Program-made: the position numbers and the translations under genes
Source: Camelus ferus
Lineage: Eukaryota
Assembly: GCF_009834535.1 (NCBI RefSeq)
Contig: NC_045696.1
Span: 119,352,001 to 119,416,000 of the forward strand
Direction: 5' to 3'
DNA: 64,000 bases
In this document: positions 36,984 through 50,281 of the stretch, in pieces
How positions within the stretch are numbered: position 1 is the stretch's first letter
Layout of the letters: the number at the start of each line of letters is the position of its first letter
The notes under the pieces: generated by a model
Database searches by the model: none
Told to the model about the DNA's origin: nothing
The model's input: only the letters and a program-made list of their open reading frames with translations

Positions 36984-37101
36984 CTTGAGAGACAGTTCGA
37001 GGTTCTCTCCACCCTGCAGTGACATGAGTGGGTCGTACGCTCCAGTGTTTTGAAAGTAGTGTCTGTCCACCGCCACCACCCCGCCAGGTACTACCGGGCT
37101 C
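36984..37101 (-). CDS. GALNT15: GALNT15 coding exon 5 (Gal/GalNAc-T motif)
   Basis: tctctccag|G; SPVVPGGVVAVDRHYFQNTGAYDPLMSLQGGENLELSLK; AAG|GTATGT; 118 nt. Confidence 0.97.
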
Positions 37102-37269
37102 CTGGAGAGAGAACAGGGTGAAGTTAGAACCCTGAGCGCCTCGGGGGAATGACTGGTAGGGGAGCTCCAGTGGCTCAGAGCGTGGACTCGGGCTGCAGAC
37201 GGACCTTGATGCTTTGAAATGCAAGACTGGAGCCAAGCAAGCATGCCAGGAGTCCTGGTATTTTATGAA

Positions 37270-38345
37270 AAGAGATCTCTGGTTGCCTGGGCCTTTTATA
37301 TCCCTTAGAAGAAGAGGAAGGGACACCAGGGCTCTGTCTCTGTCATGTGGGGACACGGTGGGAGGTGGCAGTGTGTGAGCTAGGAAGCAGAGTCTTACCA
37401 AAACCTGAACTGGCCAGAAACTTGATCTTGAACTTCTACCCTCCAGAATCACGAGGCCCTTGGGAGGCCTGTTTGTACCTAAAGCCTTCCCTTCATGTCC
37501 CCGTACGAGGGCCTCAGGAATAGCTTGGGGTAACTGTTTGATGCTGACAGGTCCCTTGTCCCACATGCTCTTACAATGTGACATTGACATTGCTCCCCGT
37601 GAGAGGTGTGGTCCACGTCTCCTTTCCGTGAACCTAGGTGGGCCTGTGACTAAGGTGCAAGGGACCCTAGGTGACCTCTGAGACTCAGTTCTAGAAGGGA
37701 ACACAGATCCTAAAACATCACACTAAGTGAAAGAACCAGACACAAAAGGTCACATACTGTACGATTCCGTTGATATGAAATACCCAGAATAGAGAAATCC
37801 ACAGGGACAGACAGCAGACTGGGGAGGGGACACTTGGAGACACTAAGTGAGGGATTTCACTCTGAAGTGATGGAAATGTCTTGGAACTAGACGGAGGGGG
37901 TGGCTGCACAATATTGGGAATGTGCTGCGTGCTACTGAGTTGTTCACTTTTAAATGGTCAGTTTCATGTTACATGAATTTCACCTCAATCATTCTTTTAA
38001 AGCAAGGAGGGGGTACAGCTTGCTTTGCCCGATTCTCTTGGGATACTTGCTCTCAGCAGACGTAGCAAGTCCCAACTAGCCCGTGTGCCGTGACCTCGCG
38101 GACAGCATGGGGGTAAGAAGCTTCCACTGGGTCCCAGTGACAGCCAGCACCCAGATATCCAGGGGATTCCAGCCCCGAGATGCCGAGTCATTTCCAGCCA
38201 GTCTAGTCTAGTAAAGGGTGGTCCTGCTGAGGCAAGCAACGCCCACGCTCCCTTTCAGAATTCATGGCCCAGAATCCATGTGCTTAATAAAACAGCTGTT
38301 TTACGCCATTAAGTTTGGATGGTTTGTTACACAGCAGAAGCTATT
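37270..38345. mobile_element. MaLR (MLT1) LTR remnants with an L1MB-like 3' fragment (about 37718-37990) nested inside
   Basis: cttgatcttgaacttctaccctccagaa; aagtttggatggtttgttacacagca; L1 ctaagtgaaagaaccagacacaaaaggtcacatactgt. Confidence 0.6.
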
Positions 38346-38367
38346 TAGGGCTATCTGCCTAGATCTA

Positions 38368-38598
38368 AATTAGGAGTTGGGATTAGCAGACACTAACTAC
38401 TATATACAAAATAGATAAACAACAAGGACTTACTGTAGAGCACAGGGAACTACATTTGATTTCTTATAATAAGCTATAATGGAAAAGAATCTGTAAGGAA
38501 AAACTATATATGTATGTGTGTATATATCACTTTGGTGTACACGTGAAACTAACATTGTAAATCAACTACACTTCAATAAAAAAATAAAAAATTTTAAA
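38368..38598 (+). mobile_element. Short L1 3'-end fragment
   Basis: aaatagataaacaacaaggacttactgtagagcacagggaac...acattgtaaatcaactacacttcaataaaaaa. Confidence 0.85.
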
Positions 38599-39120
38599 AG
38601 TATCTAGAACATCTACTTAAACAGAGTAAGTTGTTCAAAAATCAAACACATGAAAAGCAAACCCATAAAACTGGACATATTTTGAGGCTTATAGGGTCTT
38701 AGCATTCACCCGGCTGAATTCTTCCTTTTTACTGAGAAAGCATTTGAGGCCAGGGAAAGTCCAGGGCTACCTGGTGAGACAGAGTGGGGTTGAGATCCCA
38801 GGTCAAGTGCTTTCACGTTCCTCTTTCACTGTCTGGAAAGGCTTCGCTGGACTCCATCCATGTGACAAGGTAACAATAATGACACCTACCACTGAGGGCC
38901 TGGCACGCTCGGCGCGCTATTCCTACGTGAGCTCATCCAGTCTTCACAACAACGCTGTGAGGTCAGTACCGCAAAAACCCCTAGTCTGCCGATGAGGACA
39001 CCAAGGCACACAGTCAGTGACTTGCTAGCACACTCGTGGAGCCAGGACTGGCCCCGGCAGCCTGGCTGCTGAGTCCACACTGAGAAAGCAAAGGAAAAGC
39101 GGTGCGTGAAGGGGCCTCAC

Positions 39121-39288
39121 CTGATGGGGCTGATGGGGGACGGGAGGGCCTTCCTCTCACGCTCGGGCAGAGGCTCCCAGTGGAAATCCAGTTTCCAGTC
39201 CAACACCCCACGCTGCAGGTCCTTGGAGGGGTAATACTGGAAAGTCTTCCAGTCAATCACGTCTAGGACAGGAGACACCACCCTGCTC
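39121..39288 (-). CDS. GALNT15: GALNT15 coding exon 4
   Basis: ttctctccag|G; SRVVSPVLDVIDWKTFQYYPSKDLQRGVLDWKLDFHWEPLPERERKALPSPISPIR; AG|GTGAGG; 168 nt. Confidence 0.97.
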
Positions 39289-39360
39289 CTGGAGAGAATC
39301 ATGGGATCAGATAAGGGATACAAACCCTTTGCCTGCTGGGGGACAGAAACGTGATCTAGA

Positions 39361-39668
39361 CACGTGCTGCCCAACACGGCAGCCACCAGCCATACGCGGC
39401 TATTTGGGACCTAAAATACAAGCTGTCCGAGCTGAGATGGGGTGTAAGTGTGAAATACACCCCGGATTTAGAAGACTTGGTATGAAAAAAAGATGTAAAA
39501 ATCTCAGTAATTTTCATATTGATAACACGTTGAAAATATTTTGGATATATTGGGTTTACTAAAATACTTTATTAAAATTAATCTGTTTCTTTTTATTTTG
39601 TAATGTGACTCCTGGAAAGGTTTACATTATATCTGTGGCTCGTGGTATATTTTGACTGAACATCACTG
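39361..39668. mobile_element. MER33-like hAT-Charlie element
   Basis: tgtaagtgtgaaatacaccccggatttagaagacttggtatgaaaaaaagatgtaaaa...ttggatatattggg; flanked by tctaga. Confidence 0.8.
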
Positions 39669-40262
39669 TTCTAGAAAATATGTTTTTCCATAAAGAATTT
39701 GGGGTCCATTTCTTTAAAGAGCACACCTGCCCCTTTCTTTCTTTAAAAGCATCTCTTGACAAAACTGAGAGGCAGGAGAATGGGGTCCTAGGCTCAGCTC
39801 TGCTACTAATGCACTAATGTGCTGTGTGATCTTGAGATGGCTGTTGTACCTCTCTGGGCCTTGGTTTCCTCACTTGTGAAATGGGAGGTTGAACTACTTC
39901 CCACAGAGTTCTTTCTCAATTGTAATGCTCTAAGACTGTGGTACTTGACTTCTTTTGGGGTCTTAGATCCCTTTGAGAATCAAGGGAAAATTATGGACCC
40001 CTCCTCAGAACAATAATCATATGCACATATACAAAATACTGTGCACAGTTTCAGAGGGTTTGCAGGCCCCTGCTCCGGGGTCTAGTTCCTGTTCCACCCT
40101 GTACCGTGAAACCTGGTTGGCTTGAGGAATCAGGACTGTCAAGTCCTGGAAATGTCCTCGGTGTTAATGCGTGTGTATGTGATCAGGTGGTGTCTACCAG
40201 CAAACCAGAGTCCTGAGTCTGGGTTTTTTTGCTCATTTACTGTTGCTGTTGGTTAATGTATC

Positions 40263-40352
40263 TTTTTTTTTTTCTTTTAATGGAGCTGGGGATTGAAACC
40301 AGGACCTCGTGCATGCTAAGCACACGCCCTGCCACTGCGCGATACCCTCCCC
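40263..40352 (-). mobile_element. Camelid tRNA-Ala SINE
   Basis: ggggagggtatcgcgcagtggcaggg...cttagcatgcacgaggtcctgg plus A tail. Confidence 0.85.
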
Positions 40353-43145
40353 GAGCAGTTGTACCTTATCCCAATTTTTTTGTACAGCTTCAGACTACGT
40401 GACCTCAGAGAGGGTGGTGTGGAACATTGAAACAGGTCAGAAATGCTGCCTTTGAACTAAACAGGTAATCACTCAGGTGTACCAGGAGCTGCTCTCCACC
40501 TAGTCAGTATCTCAATCACATTTTTTCCTGGCCTCTCGAGACAGTTTCTTCTAAAATCTGTACCATAGAATGAATCAGACCTGAGCTCAGGGGTGGCTGG
40601 AAGGTACCAGTCTAAGAAAAGTAAGATTCTTGGAAAAGAGATGCCAGCCATGCTATTTACACTCCCCTCAGTTTCCATCTGGGTTCCACCCACCTAGCAG
40701 ACAGCCAGGGTGGGCACAAGCCCAGGCCACACGGAGAGGGCCAGGGTGGTCCTGGGATTCAATCCGTGCTTAATCTGTGGCCTTAAGTCACGGGTCTTGG
40801 GGTGAAGAGTCACGGGGTTTCCATTGACAGCAAGGATCTTGATATACTTTTCCTGCCCATTTCACACTGTTCCCTCTGGAAGCGAAGGGAAACTGAATCC
40901 TTCTGGCCTCCACTCGTTTTGGGCACCTCACACTGACCTCAGAAAACCGAAAGGCAAGGGCAAGGAAGCAAGCCGGGCGCCCTCCCAAGTCTCTGCTTGC
41001 TGTGGACGGAGCTGAGCAGACGGGATGGCTTTGGCTCTCAGCAACGCATTTTTGTGGAATTTCAGCAGCAAGAGCCAGGGAAGCTGTGTGGCTGAATTCC
41101 GAAGAATCCCATCAGGTTGGCGTCGTCTGAGTCATCATAAGAGGACAAGAAAGGAAACTGCATTCGAGCATCCACATGATCAATTCGTCTCAGACCTCTG
41201 AGCAGCGTCCTTCCTGATAAAGTCGTATGTTCCTTTTCATCAGGAAACGAGCACCTAGACTTCATCACGTTCCTTTTTGCTCTGTCTTGCTGAAGCTCAG
41301 ATTCGCGTGTAAAGCTCCCTTCTAATAACTGTACTGCCCTCGATTTCCAATACCGTCTTTTTTTCCCTTTCTGAAGTCTCCTCTTCCTTCTCTTTCAGCC
41401 AGATACAGAATTGATTAATCCTAAGCCTCCTTGAGTGCATTTTGGGTCAAGACAAATAATAAAATGTCAATGAACGAAGTGAAAGATGTTTTCTGTTTTG
41501 GTTTTTATTCCCGTGAACCACAGCTTCTGCCTAACCAGGGCTGAATTAGGAATAACTGCAGCGTAGGGACTCAAAAAAAAAAAAAAAAAAAAAAGTGATT
41601 TAAAAAAAAAAATCAGTCTTATATTTAGCTTTGTGTTTTGAATCTACAGCTGTATCTGGTGTTCTTGGAATTCACTTAGAGCAGAATAGCCAAGCTTCCC
41701 GGTCTGACTTGGAAGGAGCTTGGAGATCCTTCCAAGGACCACGAGGCTGTCACTTGTGAACTGAGTTTTAATTCTCAGGCAGACACGGGGTCCAGCCTCT
41801 CCTAAGCCTTGCTAAGCCCCAGGAGGTCAAGTGTTTGGGTTTCAAGAGACAAGCAGAGGCTGTGGAGCGCTCCACAGAGACTGTTTAACCGAAGTATGTG
41901 AGGTCAACCGAGAGACCCCTGTCCAAAGAGCCAAAAGCTAACTGTGGTTGCAAACTCACCAAGCAAACCTTGGGCCGCAGGGAGCACTGAGCCTAGTTTG
42001 CGTCACCCCTTTTTCTTTTTCCTGAGCCTGGATGTCCCTCCATCAGGTCTGCAAGGTGCAAAGTCATTTTGGAAGTTCATGCCAATTCTCGGTGTTTGTG
42101 GAAAGTATCTTGACCTGAGAGGCAAAACACCCTGAATTCTCTTTTCAGACCTCTTCCTGCTCGGGGGCAACCCCAAGACCGGTGCCGGCCCTTCAGGACT
42201 CTGCCATGCTGAATGGTGTGGAATCGGGCGGGGGCTGGAGAGTTTCCTGGGGGTGTCAGACCCAAAGAACGCTGTTCCCTCCGTGGGGCTAGAGGCATTT
42301 TGTTCCCCGTGCCCCAATCCTGCTGCTCCACGACACTCACACTCACAAGGGACTTCTCAGACCATCTTCCATCACTTAATGGCAGAGAGGCAGGAGGTAC
42401 TCTGGTCCCTGACTGGCCTTGCTTTTCCCTATTAAGCCCTGTCTGAGAACCAGGTAACCTTCAGAACTGGATGTCCCCAAGACAGGTGCCCAGACCAATC
42501 TTCAAGTGGGAAACAGCCTGGACAGCCTCTAGAGCCAAGGACAGCCCTAAGAGGGTGTTGTCTCTCTCCCTTTGGAAATCTTCTTTTTTTTTTTTTTTGG
42601 CCGTAGCTCTTACTCCTCAGCCTGGGTACCAAAGCTGGCAGTCAGCACAAGACAGCTGGCAGCCAGGACAGCAGTTATCTTCAACTTCATCTTTGTTACT
42701 TTATGTGGAACCTGGTTACCCATCAGTACCTCCTAGGACCTCCCTAAAATCACTGCTCTTGAAGAAACTCTATCTGGGGCTGCTATGTACAGTTACCCAG
42801 GTCGTGCACTGCTCAATCCTGGAGAATGTCTCAAGTATCAGACACGTAAATGTGCATATTTATTTCTAAATGTTTAATTAGCATTAAAGTGACTGGTTCT
42901 AACAAGATGACTGTATGATGACACATCTTCTGAGGGATGAGAGTAAAAAGGGTCACGAGGAATGGACTCATTTCCCTGATTGATACAAAATTGCCATATG
43001 GCTTTCAGCAGGCCTGTTTTGGGGAACAGGGGCAGGGAACCAGGGAACCAGGGCCAGTAATCAGGCCTGGAATTCTCTGACCAGGGAAGAGAATTGAGGA
43101 AGTTGTGACTATGCAATAGCTGTTTACTCACCATTCCCCTTCACC

Positions 43146-43305
43146 TTTCTTTGTTTGTTTTTGTTTTTTTATTCTTTTAATCAATTTGGATTAAATTTGG
43201 GGGGGGGAGGTAATTAGGTTTATGTATTTAATGCAGGTGCTGGGGATTGAACACAGGACCTCGTGGATGCTAGGCACACGCTCTACCACTGAGCTACACC
43301 CTCCC
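43146..43305 (-). mobile_element. Camelid tRNA-Ala SINE (long-tail type)
   Basis: gggagggtgtagctcagtggtagagcgtgtgcctagc...tail aaacctaattacctcccccc. Confidence 0.88.
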
Positions 43306-43911
43306 TGCTACCTCCGCCGTTTTAATGAAAGTGCTTTAAGACTCAGCTTTGGGCGCAGTGGGTCCTCACTAGGTGATGGAACATCTCCCGCTGTGAGCCT
43401 CAGAGGCGCTGTGCCCCCTTCCTTTTTCGAAGAGCAGCAGCTATGAGAGCCGGCGCCCAGCGGGCTCCACAGCTTTGCTGTACACAGGGTGAGCTGCCAC
43501 GAGAGTCGGCGGGAGAGCAGAGCAGACTCCGAAAGGGGACCCTCTCCCAGGCCTCAGCTGAGAACACTGAGGCATCACCATGTCTTCTCTCTCAGCCTGG
43601 GGAGAGCAACCCCCAGGTACGTGAAAATGGTCCCAAGTGGGAGAAGCAGACATGGAGGACTCACTGTCATCAATGTTTTAACACACATGTCACAGCCAGG
43701 GTGGGGGTGGGGATGACTACATGTTTCTCCATAATCAACTTCTCCAATCCTCAAATTAAAAAGTCATAAAGGGCAGTGGACCCAGAGTTAGAAAGCCTGA
43801 CTCAGCCCCAAAGTCTCTGCAAGCCCTGGCACCTCAATTCATTTCCCTGAACCTCAATATCACCCTCTAAGAAATGAAAGCAAAAACAGCCAGGAGACCT
43901 CTCACAGGGAC

Positions 43912-45120
43912 CACTGAGGAATATATGCAAACATTCTCTGACGTACATCTCAGCAGTGTTCTCCCGGGGCAGTCTATTCAGGCAACAGAAATAAAAGCAA
44001 ACATAAACAAGTGAGACCTAGTTAAACTTATAAGCTTTTGCAAAGCAAAGGAAACCATAAGCAAAACAAAACAACAACCTACAGAACGGGAGAAAATATT
44101 TGCAAATGATGCAACTGACAAAGGTTTAATTTCCAGAATATATAAGCAACTCATACAACTTAACAACAACAAAAAACAAACAACCCAATCCAAAAATGGG
44201 TAGAAGACTAAACAAACAATTCTCCAGTGAAGACATACAAATGGCCAATAGGCACACGAGAAAATGCTCAATGTCGCAAATTATCAGAGAAAGGCAAATC
44301 GCAACTACCATGACGTATCACCTCACACCAGTCAGAATGGCTGTCATTCAAAAGCCCACAAATGATAAATTCTGGAGAGGGTGTGGAGAAAAGGGAGCCC
44401 TCCTGCTGGTGGGAGTGTAATTTGGTGCAGCCATTATGGAAAACGGTATGGAGGTTCCTCAAAAAACTAAAAATAGACTTACCCTATGATCCAGCAATCC
44501 CTGGGCATATATCCAGAAGGGACTCTAGTTTGAAAAGATACATGCACCCCAATGTTCACAGCAGCACTATATACAATAGCAAAGACATGGAAGCAACCTA
44601 AATGTCCACCCACAGATGACTGGATAAAGAAGCTGTGGTGTATTTATATAATGGACTACTACTCAGCTATAAAAAGAATAAAATAATGCCATTTGCAGCA
44701 ACATGGATGGACCTGGAGATCGTCATTCTAAGTGAAGTAAGCCAGAAAGAGAAAGAAAAATATATGATATAACTTATATGTGGAATCCAAAAAAAAAAGG
44801 ACAAACAAACTTATCTACAAAACAGAAACAGACTTACAGACATAGTAAACAATCTTGTGGTTACCGGGGGGGGGGGGGGTAGGAAAGGATAAATTGGGAG
44901 TATGAGATTTGCAGATCCTAACTATTATATATAAAGTAAATAAGTTTATACTGTATAGTGCAGAGAACTATATTCAGTATTTTGTAGTAACTTATGGTTA
45001 AAAATATGAAAACAAATATATGTGTGTTCCTATACGACTAAAGTATTGTGCTGTACACCAGAAACTGACACAACATTGTAAACTGACTACAGTTCAATGA
45101 AAAATATATATATAAAAAGA
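43912..45120 (+). mobile_element. L1 3' 1.2 kb (degenerate ORF2 C-terminus, 3'UTR, tail), antisense in GALNT15 intron 3
   Basis: Translates in pieces to ORF2p C-terminal motifs ([35 protein letters not shown]); G-rich 3'UTR tract at 44866-44879. Confidence 0.93.
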
Positions 45121-45364
45121 ACAGCTAGCAAAAAAATAAAAATTGAGATCAAGGGGCTGGAGGACTCTTATCTTCCTTCCAACTCTACCCACTATGCTTC
45201 AGAGGCTCAAACATCTGAAAAACCCAAAGCAATACATTGACCTCAAACGGAGGCGACTCAGCCATTTTTTGATGGCGGGTGGATGTTTTATGAGTGGCTG
45301 AGGCTGTAGGTGACCATTGCTCCCCCTCCCCATTTCTGTTCTGCAGCCTCCAGGGATGAGTTAC

Positions 45365-45569
45365 CTGTCACCAGCTATTCTGCCCAGGAGGGGCTCCAGC
45401 CAGCCCGGGTGGCACTCACAGTGGGCGTCCATGAAGACCAGCACATCCCCAGTGGCCCTGGTGGCCCCCAGCATCCGCGCCCCGGTGGCACCCAGCCTCT
45501 TGTTACTCCTGAGCAACTTGACCCCCTCCAGCTGGGCCACGTACCCGCCGAGAGCAGACTTGAGTTGTC
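45365..45569 (-). CDS. GALNT15: GALNT15 coding exon 3 (DxH metal-binding motif)
   Basis: attccag|GA; QLKSALGGYVAQLEGVKLLRSNKRLGATGARMLGATRATGDVLVFMDAHCECHPGWLEPLLGRIAGDR; AG|GTAACT; 205 nt. Confidence 0.97.
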
Positions 45570-46334
45570 CTGGAATCGAAAGGGTTGTGGTCAGTGGGGT
45601 GACAGATGCCACAGCCCCAGGATTGTGGTGACCGTCACAAGGATCACTGTCAACAGTTCTCTCTTGGGAGCGAGGCGAGCACCAGGGTCCCGAGCATCCC
45701 ATCCATTACAGTGTGGTGGTTGCTAAGATCTAAGTCACTTTCGCTAGTTTGGGTAGGTCAGGATTCTCTCCAGTAAAAACGGCGTCGTCAGACTCAGAGA
45801 GGAGAGAACTTCCTCTCATTCTCCAAATGCAGCAGCAAGGCTGAAACAATACTGCTGGTGCCCTACTCAGATGCCCCGGGGTTCCTTGGGCTGGTTTGGT
45901 TTGCACACACCCAACTGCTGTGGGTCTCACCCTTCCCTGGAGACCCGCCCTAAGGCACTGGAACCGCCTGTCCTGCAAGTGCCCAGCAGTCGTGTAGAAC
46001 ACCATGCCTGACCCAGCATGCCCCAAGTCAGTGACCGGCCACTGCCCAGGTACCAAGTCCGATCCCTTGCTTTAAGGCAGGACAGACTGGGATCAGGCTG
46101 TGGCCAGACTTCATCTATAGAGGGTCCATTATACGTGGATGCCAGGAGGTCATCAGTGGGGCGGCCAAAGCGCTCTCACTGCAGTGGTGGGAGGGAGGGG
46201 GCAGGGCAGCGGGTCGAAGAGAAAGTGGGAGGTAAAAAACTGAGACCAAGAACCTAAACATTCTTTTAGGAATGACAGTCCTATAGAGGATACAGGATGA
46301 TACTTAAGTCCCTTATATAAAAGGGCAGTACAGT

Positions 46335-46454
46335 GGGGGAGGGTAGCATGAGTGCTCAGCATGCACAAAGTCCTGGGTTCAATCCCTAGTACCTCCATTA
46401 AAAAAATAAATAAACCTAATTACCTCTCCCACCAAAAAGGTTTTTAAAAAATAG
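46335..46454 (+). mobile_element. Camelid tRNA-Ala SINE lacking its A box, inserted in a Tigger/MER2-like relic
   Basis: TSD aagggc(a/g)gtacagt at 46321-46334 and 46455-46468; flank cagtcagccctctgtatctg...gtggattcaacc is Tigger-like. Confidence 0.85.
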
Positions 46455-47914
46455 AAGGGCGGTACAGTCAGCCCTCTGTATCTGCTGGTCCTGCATCTGT
46501 GGATTCAACCAGCAGAACGTTTCTGTTGCTGTTCACAGAGAAGCAGTGTAGACCCATGATGTCTTGGCAATGGGGAGCCCCCAGCTCACCGGAACAAGAC
46601 CTCCTCAAGGGCAGGGGCTGTATCTCATGCATTTCTGCTGCTCCAGCCCCTCGCACAGGGCTGGCCCACGGCAGGCACTCAGTGCACGCGTGTTGAACAG
46701 AACTGAGCCAAAGAACAAGAATTGCCCCAGTTCCCCGGCCCGGAGGCAGTCTTCACTGGGACACACAGAGCCTGGATGCTTTGGTCACTGGCCCTGCAGG
46801 GAGGTGGAGAGGGGTCAGGCAGCCTCACCGGAGGCCCCACAGACTCCCTGGGAAGCTGCCCTCTGAGTGGTGTGTAGCTCCCCCTAGGGAGATTTTTCTG
46901 CAGGGAATCTGTCCTGAGCAGGGGGCAAAGGAGTCCCAGTCACTTGGCTACTGCTTTTCTCAGTGGTTTTCTGGTGAGCTTGTTGGCTCCCAGTCCCTTC
47001 CCTGGAGAAGGATCTGTTTGTGAAGCTGTTAAAATTTCTGCACCTGACAACCAGCCCCTCGGTGACTCCACCGAATTCAGCATCACTAGTTGTCTTACCC
47101 AACATTCACTCTCCCCTTCCACCTTACCTACAGAAACTTGATTTTGTTCAGGGCACCTAAAAATACTTACTTACCAAGACTTTTGATTCAACTCTGGGAG
47201 AAATATACTGGGTGAGAGGATTCTGGAAAAACTACTGTATTACTGATTTTTTTTTCTGAAAGGACAAACTTGGCTGCCCTCTGCTTATCTGCCTTTCATC
47301 CTTTTCCTGCCTGGGATATAGGTGTGATGTCCAGGGATAGAGCAGCCTAATTGTGATGATGAGGCCAAAAGCCATGGTTCCAAGGATAGCTGAGTAAAAA
47401 GCAGAAGGAACTGAGGACATTGGAGGGAACTCACCTTCCTAGGGCCCAGCTGCTCTGCTTCTCCACACACGAGGAGGAGGGAAGCTCCAGAAACACAGTT
47501 TATCAGCTGACGGGGGACCACAGGTGTGCTCCTGGGAGGACTCTGCCCCAGCTGAGGGTTTGGAGAGTCTCTGAGCACTTTCACAGGCCAACCCAGACCA
47601 ACCCAGGACCTGCTCATACAACCTGCTGAATGTGCCCCAACAACCACACACTGACAGGGCCTCTGGCTAGTCTGGCTCAGCACCACTGCCAGGCTGGGCA
47701 AATTCCAAACACGAGGACCTCAGGAAGAACTAGCAGAAGTACGTGGCCACTCTATCCTGTCCTCCGTTAGCCCACTGAGAAAGTGCTTTGCAGATCTCAG
47801 CAAATGTTCGGCTTCCCTTGGAGCAGTCTGATCTCCTCACCAGGCCAGCAGGGGCCTCTCCAGGCCCTTTAGCTGAGCCAGAAATACAGGCCTGAGGCTC
47901 CTGCCAGACTGGAA

Positions 47915-48095
47915 CAGTGGTTCTCAAAGTGGGTCCCCTGGACCAACAGCATTAGCGTCACCTGGGAGCTTGTTAGAAATGCAGATACGGAGGCCCCAGC
48001 CCAGATCCAGAAGCTCTGGGGGTGGTCCCAGCAATCTGCGTGTTAACCCGCCCGCCAGGCGACTCCGATGCACGTTCACTGTTCGAGAACCACGG
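47915..48095. mobile_element. MER5A hAT-Charlie element
   Basis: Terminal inverted repeats cagtggttctc / gagaaccacgg; internal cacctgggagcttgttagaaatgcag. Confidence 0.88.
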
Positions 48096-48723
48096 ACCTG
48101 GATGTCAGGCAGGGGCTTCTGTCTCTGGCTTCTCTCGGCTTCCCAGCCATGCAGTGGGCCGGTCCCAATAGCTAGTTTCCTGTCTGTGGAAATGTTCAAG
48201 CAGATTCTGCAAGTCTGGGCTCTTGGCCTGACCCCTGCAGCCCTTGTCTCAACTCAGCTCTGATCGGTTCTCTTCCCAAGCCTCAGTTTCTTTGTCTGGA
48301 AAGTGAGCAGGTGTGCTAAACGAGGGTGACTGAATGACTAATTCACATCACGTGCTTGCCGAGTCTAGGCGGCAGAGAGCATGCACCGGTGGCCACCTGT
48401 TGTGATTGCTGAGTGTCTCGGGGAGAGGCTCACCGGACTGGGTGGAAGATGGGGCCTGGGGGAGATCCCCACAGGATCCGGCTGGAGGCACCCTGTGAGA
48501 CCCTCCCTGGGACGCCCCGCCATCTCCTGCCTGTCTCCCACTGTCCTCTGCCCCCACCTCCCTACCCACTGTATTCTCTAGTAAGTTACCTGCGCCCGAA
48601 TCCCCACCTAAAGGTCTGCTTTGGGGAGCCTTGTCTTCACAGGTTCCAAACCCCAGTCTCTGCATGGCAACCCCCTCAGAGTCCAGGCCCACCTGAGGGA
48701 GCGTGGAGGGAACCCGTGCCCAC

Positions 48724-48890
48724 CTTGCTGGCTGAGATCGTCCACCAGGATGACCTCCTTCAGGGAGGCCCGGGGTGCTGTGTCCAGGATGCTGTGCACG
48801 GTTCTCAGGAGGGTGGACCAGGCCTCATCGTGGAAACAGAGGATGACGCTGGCTGTGGGCAGGCTGTCCCCCGGCTGCTGCTGCAGGCAC
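48724..48890 (-). CDS. GALNT15: GALNT15 coding exon 2 (start of GT-A catalytic domain)
   Basis: ccccgacag|G; CLQQQPGDSLPTASVILCFHDEAWSTLLRTVHSILDTAPRASLKEVILVDDLSQQ; AAG|GTGGGC; 167 nt. Confidence 0.97.
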
Positions 48891-50249
48891 CTGTCGGGGA
48901 GAGAAGCAGGGAGCCGTGGGAATGAGCCGCCCTGGCAGGGGCTGCTCCAGCCCATGGCTCTCCTTCCAACTCACCCGCTGTCTCTGGGTTTTCTCGGAAT
49001 TTCCACTTAGAGAGAACCCATCCCACCCTCGTAGCAGCGCTGCCCACTGCCTCCCAGGCCTCAGATCCCCAGGGCTTCTTGACAACCTTTAACCCAGGCC
49101 TCTCCCCTAGCCACTGGGAAGTGTTCCCACCACTTCGCGCATTCTCAGGGTCTGGGCGGAGGAGCCTGGGCGAGATGGTTCGTAAAACCCTCCACTTGAT
49201 TCTCACGTGTGACCGGGAACCCTCATTAGCGTTACCCAGACTGTAACATGAACAGAAACCACCTGGGGCTCTTGTTAACAACAGAGATTTTCAAGCAGTG
49301 GGGCCGAGTGGGGCTGAGAGTCCGCATGTCCGATGCTGCAGGTCTGAGGCCCCCATTTTGAGTGGCACTGCAGTAAATGACACCAACAGCTTTCCCCAGT
49401 CTCATCCCTGAGGCTGGCCTGAAGCACAAGGCCAGACCCCTCTGCCCTGGGCACCGTGGTCGTGGTCCACTGCGAAGGGCCACATGCAGGCCAGTCTACA
49501 CCACAACCCCACCGGGGGTGCCATGGCCAGAGTGGACAGCTGGGCAGGCACTGCTCCTGGCCGTGGCTACGCTGGATTCCAAGACTGCAAGCTTGGCCGG
49601 CCAGGTCCCAGGCACACTGGGCTGCTGCTTTCCCTCTCTGGTTGCAGGTGGGGGATTGGCTGGGCTCCAGCCTCCAGTCTCTGCCCCAGGCTACTCCGGT
49701 TCCAGCTCTCCCTCCACTAATGCCCCGCCCCCTGGAGGTGCCTACTAGCCAAGATTTATTGATGCCCTGTTAGTTGCCTCCTCTCTCCTTTGCACCCGAG
49801 GTACCAGAGCTGTCCTGGGGTGGCTTGCTGCCCAGCAAGGACCAACCTGACCAGGTGCACTGTGACCCCCCTCTCCCCCTCCTCCACGATAGCAAAGCTG
49901 CTGCCAAAGTGACCTCTGGGGCAGGACTGGAGCAGGGGAAATCGAAGGAGGAGATGCCCCCCTCCCACCTCTCCCCACTGGCTGGGAAATGCCTGGTGCC
50001 TCACAGCCTTGGATCTCAGCCCTGGCTGCACATTGGAACTACCTGGGGACACCCAGGCCTCACCCTGGACCAACTAGATAAGATGGGAGGAGAGTCCTGT
50101 CACCGCGGAGGGAGAGTAGGGACGTTGTTGCCTTATTTTGTAGAGAATCCGTCTCGCATCCTGGAGCCCTGCCAGGAATGGGCGGCGCCAGTACCTGAAG
50201 GGCACCTGGGGGAGGGGAGACTGGGGACCCAGGCCAGGGCCGCACAGGC

Positions 50250-50281
50250 TGCAGGGACAGGCTGCGGCCAGCAGAGGGCGT
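50250..50281 (+). promoter_or_regulatory. CTCF motif with upstream module, GALNT15 intron 1
   Basis: Core CCAGCAGAGGGCGT 50268-50281 plus TGCAGG starting 18 bp upstream. Confidence 0.65.

Noticed and set aside
36631..37704. 357-aa minus-strand ORF
   Set aside because: Non-AUG start; runs through MLT1 repeat sequence and GALNT15 exon 5 in the wrong frame; no recognisable domain.
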